From Escherichia coli (GTDB lineage: Bacteria > Pseudomonadota > Gammaproteobacteria > Enterobacterales > Enterobacteriaceae), in NCBI RefSeq assembly GCF_003334335.1, contig NZ_QOWQ01000017.1: 64,000 nucleotides of DNA; one strand, 5' to 3'. This document shows positions 13,057 through 23,701 of the stretch, piece by piece. Position 1 is the first letter of the stretch; each line of letters opens with the position of its first letter. The notes under the pieces are model-generated. The model was not told the origin of the DNA. It ran no database searches and was given only the letters and a program-made list of their open reading frames with translations. The position numbers and the translations under genes are program-made.

Positions 13057-14022
13057 ATGAGTAAACCCATTGTGATGGAACGCGGTGTTAAATACCGCGA
13101 TGCCGATAAGATGGCCCTTATCCCGGTTAAAAACGTGGCAACAGAGCGCGAAGCCCTGCTGCGCAAGCCGGAATGGATGAAAATCAAGCTTCCAGCGGAC
13201 TCTACACGTATCCAGGGCATCAAAGCCGCAATGCGCAAAAATGGCCTGCATTCTGTCTGCGAGGAAGCCTCCTGCCCTAACCTGGCGGAATGCTTCAACC
13301 ACGGCACAGCAACGTTTATGATCCTCGGCGCTATTTGTACCCGCCGTTGTCCGTTCTGTGATGTTGCCCACGGTCGCCCGGTAGCTCCTGATGCCAATGA
13401 ACCAGTGAAACTGGCTCAGACCATTGCCGATATGGCGCTGCGTTATGTGGTTATCACCTCCGTTGACCGTGATGACCTGCGCGATGGCGGTGCCCAGCAC
13501 TTTGCGGATTGCATTACTGCCATTCGGGAAAAAAGCCCGCAAATCAAAATTGAAACTCTGGTGCCGGATTTCCGCGGTCGTATGGATCGTGCTCTGGATA
13601 TTCTGACTGCAACGCCACCAGATGTGTTCAACCATAACCTGGAAAACGTACCGCGTATTTACCGTCAGGTACGGCCTGGTGCAGATTACAACTGGTCGCT
13701 GAAGCTGCTGGAACGCTTTAAAGAAGCGCATCCGGAAATCCCGACCAAGTCTGGTCTGATGGTGGGACTGGGTGAAACCAATGAAGAAATTATTGAGGTA
13801 ATGCGCGACCTGCGCCGTCATGGTGTGACGATGTTAACGCTGGGGCAATATTTGCAGCCAAGCCGCCATCACCTGCCGGTTCAACGTTACGTTAGCCCGG
13901 ATGAGTTCGACGAAATGAAAGCCGAAGCGCTGGCGATGGGCTTTACCCATGCTGCATGCGGTCCGTTTGTCCGCTCTTCTTACCACGCCGATTTGCAGGC
14001 GAAAGGGATGGAAGTTAAGTAA
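13057..14022 (+). CDS. lipA: Lipoyl synthase (radical SAM)
   Basis: 321-aa ORF with CPNLAEC and CTRRCPFC cysteine clusters. Confidence 0.95.
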
Positions 14023-14052
14023 TCCTGTAATAATTACTTACATCTGTCTGAT

Positions 14053-14082
14053 AAAAAACCCGCTTTTTGAAGCGGGTTTTTT
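14053..14082. terminator. Bidirectional rho-independent terminator between convergent lipA and tatE
   Basis: Perfect hairpin aaaaaaCCCGCTTtttgAAGCGGGtttttt flanked by A-run and T-run. Confidence 0.8.
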
Positions 14083-14122
14083 GTATCGAACAAGATATTG
14101 AGGGAGCGTCCTGCTCGCCACG

Positions 14123-14326
14123 TCACTCTTTATGAGAGAGCTTTTCAGCCTGAAGATCAACGTCTGCGCCTTTTTTCGCCGCAGCATCGTCATCATTCAT
14201 CGCCTTCTTGAACCCTTTAATGGCCGCTCCAAGGTCTCCGCCCAGCGTACGTAACTTCTTAGTCCCAAACAGCAGAACGACCAGCGCCGCAACTACCAGC
14301 AGTTTGGTAATACTAATCTCACCCAT
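14123..14326 (-). CDS. tatE: Twin-arginine translocase subunit TatE
   Basis: 67-aa [36 protein letters not shown]... Confidence 0.93.
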   Translation of the reverse strand: MGEISITKLLVVAALVVLLFGTKKLRTLGGDLGAAIKGFKKAMNDDDAAAKKGADVDLQAEKLSHKE

Positions 14327-14454
14327 AGATACCTTCTTGACATATAACCGGCAACAGAACGCGCCTTAAAAACCAGAGAATATTAACGGTCATTCGACGC
14401 GCGCACACAATAGCAATCTGTAACAAGGTGAATCAAGCGCCGAGTAAAAAAACA

Positions 14455-15248
14455 TCATAATAATTGCGGCGGCGCAAAGCGACGGTTGTTTAAGACGGGC
14501 AGTTGCGCGCGCACCTGACGCACACGTTCGGGCGTCACTTCCGCCATAATGAGTGCAGGCATTTCTGACGCTGCCGCAATGGTGACGCCAAAGGGATCTA
14601 TAATCCGGCTTTGACCGATATTTTTGTTCCCGCACTCCCCCGCCGCCACCATATAACAGGTGGTATCCAGCGCACGAGCGGCAAGCAACGTTGACCAGTG
14701 ATGCTCTTTGAGCGGCCCGCGAACCCAGGCGGCAGGAAGTACCAGGATTTCAGCTCCCTGTAATGCCTGTGCCAGCGCCAGCTCTGGAAAGCGTAAGTCA
14801 TAACAGGTCATCAGCCCGACCTTCATCCCTTCCACCTCCAGTAACGGAGCGATTTCATTACCAGCATCAACACGGCGTGATTCCTGAATGGCAAATGCAT
14901 CATAGAGATGCAGTTTGGCATAACGGGCGACGATGTTTCCTGCCTGAAGTGCCACCAGCATATTCCATGCGCGCCCCGGCGTTGAAGGAACATGAATCGT
15001 CAGAATTGTCGTCATCATGTTACGTTTACTTTCTCGCCGTAAAGTCCGAGGAATTCGCCTTCCAGCAGCTGTGCTGATTTAACCGATAGATCTGCATCAT
15101 GATCATCGCGCGCCAGCAATGCTTCCGGCAGGACAAACAGCGATACGTCGTTTTCCGCCGCCTGCGCCATCAACGAGGCACAAATCTCAGCGTTCTTTTC
15201 CCACACAGATGTAACAGCAAACTGTCCTGCGGCAACCAGCATTGCCAC
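14455..15248 (-). pseudogene. ybeM: Nitrilase/C-N hydrolase family gene split into two overlapping frames (77-aa N-terminal piece 15015..15248; 187-aa C-terminal piece 14455..15018)
   Basis: Two adjacent minus-strand ORFs in different frames that together look like one C-N hydrolase; junction ...aacATGATGacg... has stop TGA overlapping ATGATG. Confidence 0.75.
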
Positions 15249-15334
15249 CTCCTGTCAGAGTCGTAAAATTCGCCAACGACGATTATTCGGCGTTACACTT
15301 ATCACTCATACAAATCAAATAGCAGGATTTTGCA

Positions 15335-15718
15335 GTGTTACAACTTCTTTTAGCAGTTTTTATTGGCGGTGGTACGGGAAGCGTGGCGAGATGGCTGTTA
15401 AGTATGCGATTTAACCCACTGCATCAGGCGATTCCGTTGGGGACGCTGACAGCAAACCTGATTGGGGCATTCATCATAGGAATAGGATTCGCATGGTTCA
15501 GCAGGATGACGAACATTGATCCAGTGTGGAAAGTATTAATCACCACCGGATTTTGTGGCGGTCTAACAACCTTCTCAACATTTTCGGCAGAAGTGGTGTT
15601 TTTGTTACAAGAGGGCCGCTTTGGCTGGGCATTACTGAACGTTTTCGTCAACCTTCTGGGGTCTTTTGCCATGACCGCACTGGCATTCTGGCTGTTTTCG
15701 GCCTCAACCGCACACTAA
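15335..15718 (+). CDS. crcB: Fluoride channel CrcB/FluC
   Basis: 127-aa four-TM ORF, GTG start. Confidence 0.92.
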   Translation: MLQLLLAVFIGGGTGSVARWLLSMRFNPLHQAIPLGTLTANLIGAFIIGIGFAWFSRMTNIDPVWKVLITTGFCGGLTTFSTFSAEVVFLLQEGRFGWALLNVFVNLLGSFAMTALAFWLFSASTAH

Positions 15719-15723
15719 AGACC

Positions 15724-15754
15724 AAAAAAAACCCGCTGATTAAGCGGGTTTTGA
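15724..15754. terminator. Bidirectional rho-independent terminator between convergent crcB and cspE
   Basis: Hairpin aaaaaaaACCCGCTgattaAGCGGGTttt. Confidence 0.75.
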
Positions 15755-15771
15755 ATTCTTGCTGACGTATC

Positions 15772-15981
15772 TTACAGAGCGATTACGTTTGCAGCAGAAG
15801 GGCCTTTGGCACCGTTAGTGATTTCGAACTCTACGCGCTGACCTTCAGCAAGAGTTTTAAAACCATTAGTCTGGATTGCAGAGAAGTGTACGAACACGTC
15901 TTTGCTGCCGTCTTCCGGAGTAATGAAACCGAATCCTTTGGACTCATTAAACCACTTAACGTTACCTTTAATCTTAGACAT
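15772..15981 (-). CDS. cspE: Cold-shock-domain protein CspE
   Basis: ORF 15772..16011; internal ATG at 15981 gives 69 aa [20 protein letters not shown]... Confidence 0.93.
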
Positions 15982-16155
15982 CAAAATTACCTTTACATGA
16001 AAAATAGACACAAATGCTGTGTCGGTTACCAGTACACCAATTGTGGTACGCTTTGTCCAGTGTAACTTTACTAAAAAGTGATAAAAGTCGCGTTATTTTT
16101 GATGTTACTTATTTTAGCTATTGATTTTAAAGAAGTTACTAAAACTTCATTTGTC

Positions 16156-16716
16156 TCAAAACTGAAAGCGCATCCAGGCAAAGTACACATTGCCATTGTT
16201 GTAGGTACCCGGAATGTAGGTCATCTGAAAAGTCACTGGGCCATAACCCACGGAGGCCAATGGCAGTAGAACCGGGAGAGGGATGTAATTCCAGTTATCG
16301 CGTGCCGTTACGCCAGCGGTGAATCCCAGACCTAAATGAAAATTTTCATCCGCCAGCGGTCGCCAGGTACTTTCCCATCCGTATCCGGCAATCGGTTCCC
16401 ATTTGTTCCACGAGTCCTTAAATGCCATGGCATACAGGCCATGCCAGTTTCCTTTTTCATCCCAACGCGACAGGCCAAAACCGCCACCCCACGGTCGCTC
16501 GTTATAGCGATCGGTTTTTTCTTTGTCGTAAGCGAAACGTGCATGCCAGGTGATGGCAGGAATATATAAATCATAATGTTCAGGCTGTTGCCAGGTTTGT
16601 GCAATATTTTCTCTAAACGTTGTCATCCACTCATCTGCGTTAGCAAAAACTTTACCAACGCTGATTAACTGAATAAAAACAAAGGAAAAGATAGCGACAT
16701 ATTTACTCACGTTCAT
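16156..16716 (-). CDS. pagP: Lipid A palmitoyltransferase PagP
   Basis: ORF 16156..16740; start at 16716 gives 186 aa [14 protein letters not shown]... Confidence 0.92.
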   Translation of the reverse strand: MNVSKYVAIFSFVFIQLISVGKVFANADEWMTTFRENIAQTWQQPEHYDLYIPAITWHARFAYDKEKTDRYNERPWGGGFGLSRWDEKGNWHGLYAMAFKDSWNKWEPIAGYGWESTWRPLADENFHLGLGFTAGVTARDNWNYIPLPVLLPLASVGYGPVTFQMTYIPGTYNNGNVYFAWMRFQF

Positions 16717-17202
16717 TTGTGACCATAAAACATTTATCAAAAATCTACTACTAGCATAGCAAAGCTACAATTAACATAACCTTAATAGACCCAACATAAA
16801 GAATAATCTGAATAGCTGCTCTATTTATTTCCGCTTGTTCAAGTTAAATATTTCCGCGCATCGATTAAAGATGATGCGTCGTTTTCTGCGATGGGAATAG
16901 TCAAAAAAGAAAAACCAAGTCTTTTTTGATGACAAAATGCAATCAAGGAAAAATTATTTTATTTTTTAACGAGATACAACAATCATCTTAACGAAGTATA
17001 TAATATATATCGTCAACCTATGCTCATATTAGATTATTTTTTGAGCGCACAGCCGCAGCTAACACCATTGCAATTAACAAATTTGCATCAATCCACCATC
17101 AATTTGCACACATTATTATGTGATAATTGCCAACCGCTAAATATGCGTTTTGTTATCTATGTATAAAAACAGCAACTTCAATGTCTTAATGGCAGTTTTT
17201 AT

Positions 17203-17216
17203 TGATTTTAATCAGC
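17203..17216. promoter_or_regulatory. Candidate FNR-type site (TTGAT-N4-ATCAg) upstream of dcuC
   Basis: ttgattttaatcag, about 90-100 bp upstream of dcuC start codon; dcuC is known to be anaerobically induced. Confidence 0.35.
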
Positions 17217-17304
17217 ATTCATCGCCAATTTATTGGGCATATTTTTTCCTTAAGCTTTAGGAATTTTTTATTATTTACTTTGGGGCCTGGAGACAGGAAA
17301 AATT

Positions 17305-18690
17305 ATGCTGACATTCATTGAGCTCCTTATTGGGGTTGTGGTTATTGTGGGTGTAGCTCGCTACATCATTAAAGGGTATTCCGCCACTGGTGTGTTATTT
17401 GTCGGTGGCCTGTTATTGCTGATTATCAGTGCCATTATGGGGCACAAAGTGTTACCGTCCAGCCAGGCTTCAACAGGCTACAGCGCCACGGATATCGTTG
17501 AATACGTTAAAATATTACTAATGAGCCGCGGCGGCGACCTCGGCATGATGATTATGATGCTGTGTGGATTTGCCGCTTACATGACCCATATCGGCGCGAA
17601 TGATATGGTGGTCAAGCTGGCGTCAAAACCATTGCAGTATATTAACTCCCCTTACCTGCTGATGATTGCCGCCTATTTTGTCGCCTGTCTGATGTCTCTG
17701 GCCGTCTCTTCCGCAACCGGTCTGGGTGTTTTGCTGATGGCAACCCTATTTCCGGTGATGGTAAACGTTGGTATCAGTCGTGGCGCAGCTGCTGCCATTT
17801 GTGCCTCCCCGGCGGCGATTATTCTCGCACCGACTTCAGGGGATGTGGTGCTGGCGGCGCAAGCTTCCGAAATGTCGCTGATTGACTTCGCCTTCAAAAC
17901 GACGCTGCCTATCTCAATTGCTGCAATTATCGGCATGGCGATCGCCCACTTCTTCTGGCAACGTTATCTGGATAAAAAAGAGCACATCTCTCATGAAATG
18001 TTAGATGTCAGTGAAATCACCACCACTGCTCCTGCGTTTTATGCCATTTTGCCGTTCACGCCGATCATCGGTGTACTGATTTTTGACGGTAAATGGGGTC
18101 CGCAATTACACATCATCACTATTCTGGTGATTTGTATGCTGATTGCCTCCATTCTGGAGTTCCTCCGCAGCTTTAATACCCAGAAAGTTTTCTCTGGTCT
18201 GGAAGTGGCTTATCGCGGGATGGCAGATGCGTTTGCTAACGTGGTGATGCTGCTGGTTGCCGCTGGGGTATTCGCTCAGGGGCTTAGCACCATCGGCTTT
18301 ATTCAAAGTCTGATTTCTATCGCTACCTCGTTTGGTTCGGCGAGTATCATCCTGATGCTGGTATTGGTGATTCTGACAATGCTGGCGGCAGTCACGACCG
18401 GTTCAGGCAATGCGCCGTTTTATGCGTTTGTTGAGATGATCCCGAAACTGGCGCACTCTTCCGGCATTAACCCGGCGTATTTGACTATCCCGATGCTGCA
18501 GGCGTCAAACCTTGGCCGTACCCTTTCGCCCGTTTCTGGCGTAGTCGTTGCGGTTGCCGGGATGGCGAAGATCTCGCCGTTTGAAGTCGTAAAACGCACC
18601 TCGGTACCGGTGCTTGTTGGTTTGGTGATTGTTATCGTTGCTACAGAGCTGATGGTGCCAGGAACGGCAGCAGCGGTCACAGGCAAGTAA
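17305..18690 (+). CDS. dcuC: Anaerobic C4-dicarboxylate transporter DcuC
   Basis: 461-aa polytopic membrane ORF, recognised. Confidence 0.93.
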   Translation: MLTFIELLIGVVVIVGVARYIIKGYSATGVLFVGGLLLLIISAIMGHKVLPSSQASTGYSATDIVEYVKILLMSRGGDLGMMIMMLCGFAAYMTHIGANDMVVKLASKPLQYINSPYLLMIAAYFVACLMSLAVSSATGLGVLLMATLFPVMVNVGISRGAAAAICASPAAIILAPTSGDVVLAAQASEMSLIDFAFKTTLPISIAAIIGMAIAHFFWQRYLDKKEHISHEMLDVSEITTTAPAFYAILPFTPIIGVLIFDGKWGPQLHIITILVICMLIASILEFLRSFNTQKVFSGLEVAYRGMADAFANVVMLLVAAGVFAQGLSTIGFIQSLISIATSFGSASIILMLVLVILTMLAAVTTGSGNAPFYAFVEMIPKLAHSSGINPAYLTIPMLQASNLGRTLSPVSGVVVAVAGMAKISPFEVVKRTSVPVLVGLVIVIVATELMVPGTAAAVTGK

Positions 18691-18698
18691 ATAGTAAT

Positions 18699-18726
18699 GC
18701 CGGAGGCAAGTTTCCTCCGGCTTTAT
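18699..18726. terminator. Rho-independent terminator between convergent dcuC and dpiA
   Basis: Hairpin GCCGGAGGcaagtttCCTCCGGC followed by tttat. Confidence 0.65.
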
Positions 18727-18730
18727 CATG

Positions 18731-19411
18731 TCACCCACTGTGGTATATGCGTTGTGGTCTGCCAACTTTGCCGTGAACAATTTCAGCAATAATCAGATGG
18801 CGGCTGGCGCAATATTCAAGATAACGCCTGGCAGTGGTGCGGCTGATGGTCAGTGCCTGCGCCACCGTTTCTGCCGTATGTTGCACACCAGGCTCTTTAA
18901 ACAGTTTTCGCACCGCGTTTAGCGTCAAGGGGTCAATGCCGGTCGGTAGCTCGTCCTTAGGTTCACCGCGAGCATAAGCATTAAACATCTCATCAATTTG
19001 CTTCTGGCTGGCGCTATCAATACTTTCCAGCATATGTTTACGCTGGCGGAAACGGGTTAGCGTTTGCCCCAGCCGTTCATAGGCAATGGGCTTAATGAGA
19101 TAATCAAATACACCACAACGTACGGCTTCAGACACCGTTTCCATATCGCTGGCTGCAGTGGTAAACACCACGTCGCCGGGATAATGCGCCTGCACCAGTT
19201 CATGCAGTAAATTAATCCCTCTACCGTCAGGAAGATAGTTATCGAGCAAGATTAGCCCCGGCTTAAAACGCTCGATCATCATTCGGGCCTGCGCCAGATT
19301 TCCCGCCAGTAATATCTGACTGAATCCGGGAATGTGACGAATATATTCCGCATGCATCTCTGCCAGCGGCGTTTCGTCCTCAACGATCAATAGGGTTAAT
19401 GGAGCTGTCAT
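18731..19411 (-). CDS. dpiA: Response regulator DpiA (CitB)
   Basis: 226-aa ORF with receiver domain (LLIVEDE...). Confidence 0.92.
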   Translation of the reverse strand: MTAPLTLLIVEDETPLAEMHAEYIRHIPGFSQILLAGNLAQARMMIERFKPGLILLDNYLPDGRGINLLHELVQAHYPGDVVFTTAASDMETVSEAVRCGVFDYLIKPIAYERLGQTLTRFRQRKHMLESIDSASQKQIDEMFNAYARGEPKDELPTGIDPLTLNAVRKLFKEPGVQHTAETVAQALTISRTTARRYLEYCASRHLIIAEIVHGKVGRPQRIYHSG

Positions 19412-21038
19412 TAGGTTTCACTTTCGGAATATAGATTGAAAATAAGGTACCGCAGGGATCATTATCTTCGAGAGTGATAACACCACCGCAGCGCGTTACG
19501 TAGCTGGCAATCAAGTACAACCCAATGCCATGTTCACCGGGCTCGTCAGCACGCGTACTGACCCCCTGCTCAAATATTTTGTCTCGTAGAGACTCTGGAA
19601 CGCCGCAGCCCTGATCGGCGACTTCAATCACCACATCATCGCCTTCATCGCTGAGGAATAATTCAACGATCTTGTTTCCTTCATCGCTACGCAGGCTGGC
19701 TTCGAAGGCGTTATCAAGTAAATTGCCCACAATGGCTGCAAACTCGGTGCTATCCAGTCCTGGCGGCAGTTGCGAAAGCTGGCTACCGGGGACAATGATC
19801 ATTTTTAGCCCCAGTTCCCGGGCGCGCTGCACTTTACCAAAAAGCAGCCCCGCCACCTGGCGATCGGCAAACGCCTCGCGCAGGCTGTCAATAAGCTGTT
19901 GCTGGGCCTGAGACTCCCCCTGCACCATCGCCAGCACGCGATCATACTCTTTCATCTGCAACAGACCATTGAGCGTCGACATCCAATTGAGATGCTCGTG
20001 TCGCAATGTACGAAGGCTCTCAACGTATTGTTTTATTTGCGTCAGTTGCGCATTGAGGGTGGAAATTTCGTCTTTACTACGAAAGCTGATAATGGCCCCC
20101 AGCAAATCATCACCTGAACGAATAGCTTCCCGGTTGGCAATAACGCTCAGACCGTTAAAGTTCGCCACCACATCCTGACGTTTTTCATCAATCTGTTCGG
20201 TAAAGAAATCGGCGGGCCTGACCACTTCAACAATGGGTTTACCCAACCATTGCCGTCCGGGGGAACTCAGCCCCAGCATCTTTCTTGCGTTACGATTGAT
20301 GGCGGTAATGTAACCATGCGGATCCACCGCAATCAGCCCTTCATAAACCGAACTAAACAGCGCCTCTTGCTGACGGACCACGCGTGCGATTTGCTTTGGC
20401 TCCATGCCCATCATCTGCCGACGGATATGCGCGGCCAGGAACCACGACAGCAACATCAGAATCCCTAACAGCACGACAAACACACCTGCCATCGGTAATA
20501 AAAACTCAGCCCGCCAGCTATCGATTTTACTCACCAGGTAGCCAATCGACACCACGCCGATGACTTTTCCATCGTCATCAAAGATTGGCGTTTTGGCGCG
20601 CATCGCCATCCCCATTGACCCTTTCCCGGTAATGAAGTAGCTCTCCCCTTTCTCCAGCGCGCCCTGTTTGGTGAACTGCATAGGATAACCAATTTTCTCC
20701 GGATTAGGATGGTAAAGGCGGATCGAGTGCCGGTCCCCAATCACCACATAATCAAAATCGGTATCTCTTTGTAATTTGTTAGCGATGGTCGCCAGCCGTT
20801 TGTAGTCACGCGTTTTCACCGCAGAGATGACACTGTCATTGGAGGCAATAATTTTCGCCTGATTCATTGCCATGTCGCGTACATGAAGCGTTAAATAGTC
20901 CTCAAAACTGGCCGTAAAATATTGCGCCAGGGCTGCAATGACAAATATTGAGAACACCAGAATCAGCAAAAAGATACGCAGCGGAAATGCCAGTCTTTGG
21001 AAAAATGCAAACTGTTTATTCTCGTTAAGCTGCAACAT
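19380..21038 (-). CDS. dpiB: Sensor histidine kinase DpiB (CitA)
   Basis: ORF 19380..21098; start at 21038 gives 552 aa MLQLNENKQF...; overlaps dpiA start by 32 nt. Confidence 0.9.
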   Translation of the reverse strand: MLQLNENKQFAFFQRLAFPLRIFLLILVFSIFVIAALAQYFTASFEDYLTLHVRDMAMNQAKIIASNDSVISAVKTRDYKRLATIANKLQRDTDFDYVVIGDRHSIRLYHPNPEKIGYPMQFTKQGALEKGESYFITGKGSMGMAMRAKTPIFDDDGKVIGVVSIGYLVSKIDSWRAEFLLPMAGVFVVLLGILMLLSWFLAAHIRRQMMGMEPKQIARVVRQQEALFSSVYEGLIAVDPHGYITAINRNARKMLGLSSPGRQWLGKPIVEVVRPADFFTEQIDEKRQDVVANFNGLSVIANREAIRSGDDLLGAIISFRSKDEISTLNAQLTQIKQYVESLRTLRHEHLNWMSTLNGLLQMKEYDRVLAMVQGESQAQQQLIDSLREAFADRQVAGLLFGKVQRARELGLKMIIVPGSQLSQLPPGLDSTEFAAIVGNLLDNAFEASLRSDEGNKIVELFLSDEGDDVVIEVADQGCGVPESLRDKIFEQGVSTRADEPGEHGIGLYLIASYVTRCGGVITLEDNDPCGTLFSIYIPKVKPNDSSINPIDR

Positions 21039-21416
21039 TGTTTTCCTTGCGGGTTGTCCCGAGCCTCTTTGACGGATGTAATTAAAATGTTGAATCAAAA
21101 TACATAGATATTAATTATGATCGTGGCAAATTTTATTCATTAAATCAATTAAATCACTTAAACCTGCGAGTCATTTCGTAATTACATTAATTAAAAAACT
21201 TAAAATCATTAAATAAATAAAAAACCACTAACTCTATGTGAAATAAATCAAAATTTCACGCCGAAATACTCCTTAGGATGTATAGCGAAAGGAGAAAAAG
21301 ATATACCTCGATCACCCCCTTTCTCCCAAGTGAAAATAAAAGGTTATCAGTTTGCAACATTGAACAACATTCGTTGCAAATCGATAACAACATGCACCTT
21401 CAGGATACTATTTATT

Positions 21417-22475
21417 ATGTTCGGCAATGATATTTTCACCCGCGTAAAACGTTCAGAAAATAAAAAAATGGCGGAAATCGCCCAATTCCTGCATGAAAAT
21501 GATTTGAGCGTTGACACCACAGTCGAAGTATTTATTACCGTAACCCGCGATGAAAAGCTTATCGCGTGCGGTGGAATTGCCGGAAATATTATTAAATGCG
21601 TTGCTATCAGTGAATCCGTCCGCGGTGAAGGACTGGCGCTGACATTAGCCACTGAATTGATAAACCTCGCCTATGAGCGGCACAGCACGCATCTGTTTAT
21701 TTATACCAAAACCGAATACGAGGCGCTGTTCCGCCAGTGCGGTTTTTCCACGCTGACCAGCGTACCCGGCGTGATGGTGCTGATGGAAAACAGCGCCACG
21801 CGACTGAAACGCTATGCCGAATCGCTGAAAAAATTTCGTCATCCAGGGAACAAGATTGGCTGCATTGTGATGAACGCCAATCCCTTTACGAATGGTCACC
21901 GTTATCTGATTCAACAGGCTGCGGCACAGTGCGACTGGTTGCATCTGTTTTTAGTCAAAGAAGATTCTTCACGCTTCCCCTATGAAGACCGGCTGGATTT
22001 GGTGTTAAAAGGCACCGCCGATATTCCACGCCTGACTGTGCATCGTGGCTCCGAATACATCATCTCCCGCGCTACGTTCCCTTGCTACTTCATTAAAGAA
22101 CAGAGCGTCATTAACCATTGTTACACCGAAATTGATCTGAAGATTTTCCGTCAGTACCTCGCTCCCGCGCTGGGTGTAACTCACCGCTTTGTCGGTACTG
22201 AACCCTTTTGTCGCGTTACCGCCCAGTACAACCAGGATATGCGCTACTGGCTGGAAACGCCGACTATCTCCGCACCGCCCATCGAACTGGTTGAAATTGA
22301 GCGGCTGCGTTACCAGGAGATGCCGATATCCGCTTCCCGGGTACGTCAACTGCTGGCGAAAAACGATCTCACGGCTATCGCGCCGCTGGTCCCTGCAGTC
22401 ACGCTGCATTATTTGCAGAACCTGCTTGAGCACTCCCGCCAGGACGCGGCAGCTCGTCAAAAGACCCCCGCATGA
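21417..22475 (+). CDS. citC: [Citrate (pro-3S)-lyase] ligase
   Basis: ORF 21330..22475; ATG at 21417 gives 352 aa MFGNDIFTRVK... Confidence 0.9.
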   Translation: MFGNDIFTRVKRSENKKMAEIAQFLHENDLSVDTTVEVFITVTRDEKLIACGGIAGNIIKCVAISESVRGEGLALTLATELINLAYERHSTHLFIYTKTEYEALFRQCGFSTLTSVPGVMVLMENSATRLKRYAESLKKFRHPGNKIGCIVMNANPFTNGHRYLIQQAAAQCDWLHLFLVKEDSSRFPYEDRLDLVLKGTADIPRLTVHRGSEYIISRATFPCYFIKEQSVINHCYTEIDLKIFRQYLAPALGVTHRFVGTEPFCRVTAQYNQDMRYWLETPTISAPPIELVEIERLRYQEMPISASRVRQLLAKNDLTAIAPLVPAVTLHYLQNLLEHSRQDAAARQKTPA

Positions 22476-22489
22476 GAAACAGGTGAAAA

Positions 22490-22786
22490 ATGAAAATAAA
22501 CCAGCCCGCCGTTGCAGGCACCCTTGAGTCTGGGGATGTGATGATACGCATCGCCCCACTCGATACGCAGGATATCGACCTGCAAATCAATAGCAGCGTT
22601 GAGAAACAGTTTGGCGATGCAATTCGCACCACCATTCTGGACGTTCTCGCCCGCTACAACGTGCGCGGCGTACAGCTGAATGTCGATGACAAAGGCGCAC
22701 TGGACTGCATTTTACGTGCACGACTGGAAGCCCTGCTGGCACGCGCCAGCGGTATCCCGGCTCTGCCATGGGAGGATTGCCAATGA
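22490..22786 (+). CDS. citD: Citrate lyase acyl carrier protein (gamma subunit)
   Basis: 98-aa ORF. Confidence 0.92.
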
Positions 22787-23691
22787 TTTCCGCTTCGCTG
22801 CAACAACGTAAAACTCGCACCCGCCGCAGCATGTTGTTTGTGCCTGGTGCCAATGCCGCGATGGTCAGCAACTCCTTCATCTACCCGGCTGATGCCCTGA
22901 TGTTTGACCTCGAAGACTCCGTAGCATTGCGTGAAAAAGACACCGCCCGCCGCATGGTTTACCACGCGCTGCAACATCCGCTGTATCGCGATATTGAAAC
23001 CATTGTGCGTGTCAACGCGCTGGATTCCGAATGGGGTGTTAACGACCTGGAAGCCGTCGTTCGCGGTGGTGCGGACGTTGTGCGTCTGCCGAAAACCGAT
23101 ACCGCTCAGGATGTTCTGGATATTGAAAAAGAGATCCTGCGTATCGAAAAAGCCTGTGGTCGTGAACCCGGCAGCACCGGCCTGCTGGCGGCGATTGAAT
23201 CTCCGCTGGGGATTACCCGCGCAGTGGAAATCGCTCACGCTTCCGAGCGTTTGATCGGTATCGCCCTCGGTGCAGAAGACTATGTGCGCAACCTGCGTAC
23301 AGAACGCTCCCCGGAAGGAACTGAACTGCTGTTCGCACGCTGTTCCATTTTGCAGGCCGCGCGCTCTGCGGGTATTCAGGCGTTCGATACCGTCTATTCC
23401 GACGCTAACAACGAAGCCGGATTTCTGCAAGAAGCCGCCCACATCAAACAGCTGGGCTTTGACGGCAAATCGCTGATCAACCCGCGTCAGATTGATCTGC
23501 TGCACAACCTCTACGCACCGACCCAGAAAGAAGTGGATCACGCCCGCCGCGTCGTAGAAGCCGCTGAAGCCGCCGCTCGCGAAGGCCTCGGCGTGGTTTC
23601 CCTGAACGGCAAGATGGTGGACGGTCCGGTTATCGATCGCGCCCGTCTGGTGCTCTCCCGTGCAGAACTTTCCGGCATCCGCGAAGAATAA
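22783..23691 (+). CDS. citE: Citrate lyase beta subunit (citryl-CoA lyase)
   Basis: ORF 22768..23691; ATG at 22783 gives 302 aa; ATGA overlap with citD stop. Confidence 0.9.
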
Positions 23692-23701
23692 GGCAATCAA
23701 A

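Noticed and set aside
12973-13821. 282-aa minus-strand ORF antisense to lipA
   Set aside because: Shadow ORF within lipA; no recognisable domain or plausible start context.
15249-15334. Fluoride riboswitch upstream of crcB
   Set aside because: Only 86 bp separates crcB from the divergent ybeM start and I see no conserved crcB-motif pseudoknot. To my knowledge E. coli crcB is not riboswitch-controlled.
16078-16269. 63-aa plus-strand ORF with hydrophobic N-terminus between cspE and pagP
   Set aside because: Most of it overlaps the 3' end of pagP on the opposite strand, with no convincing ribosome-binding site; likely spurious.
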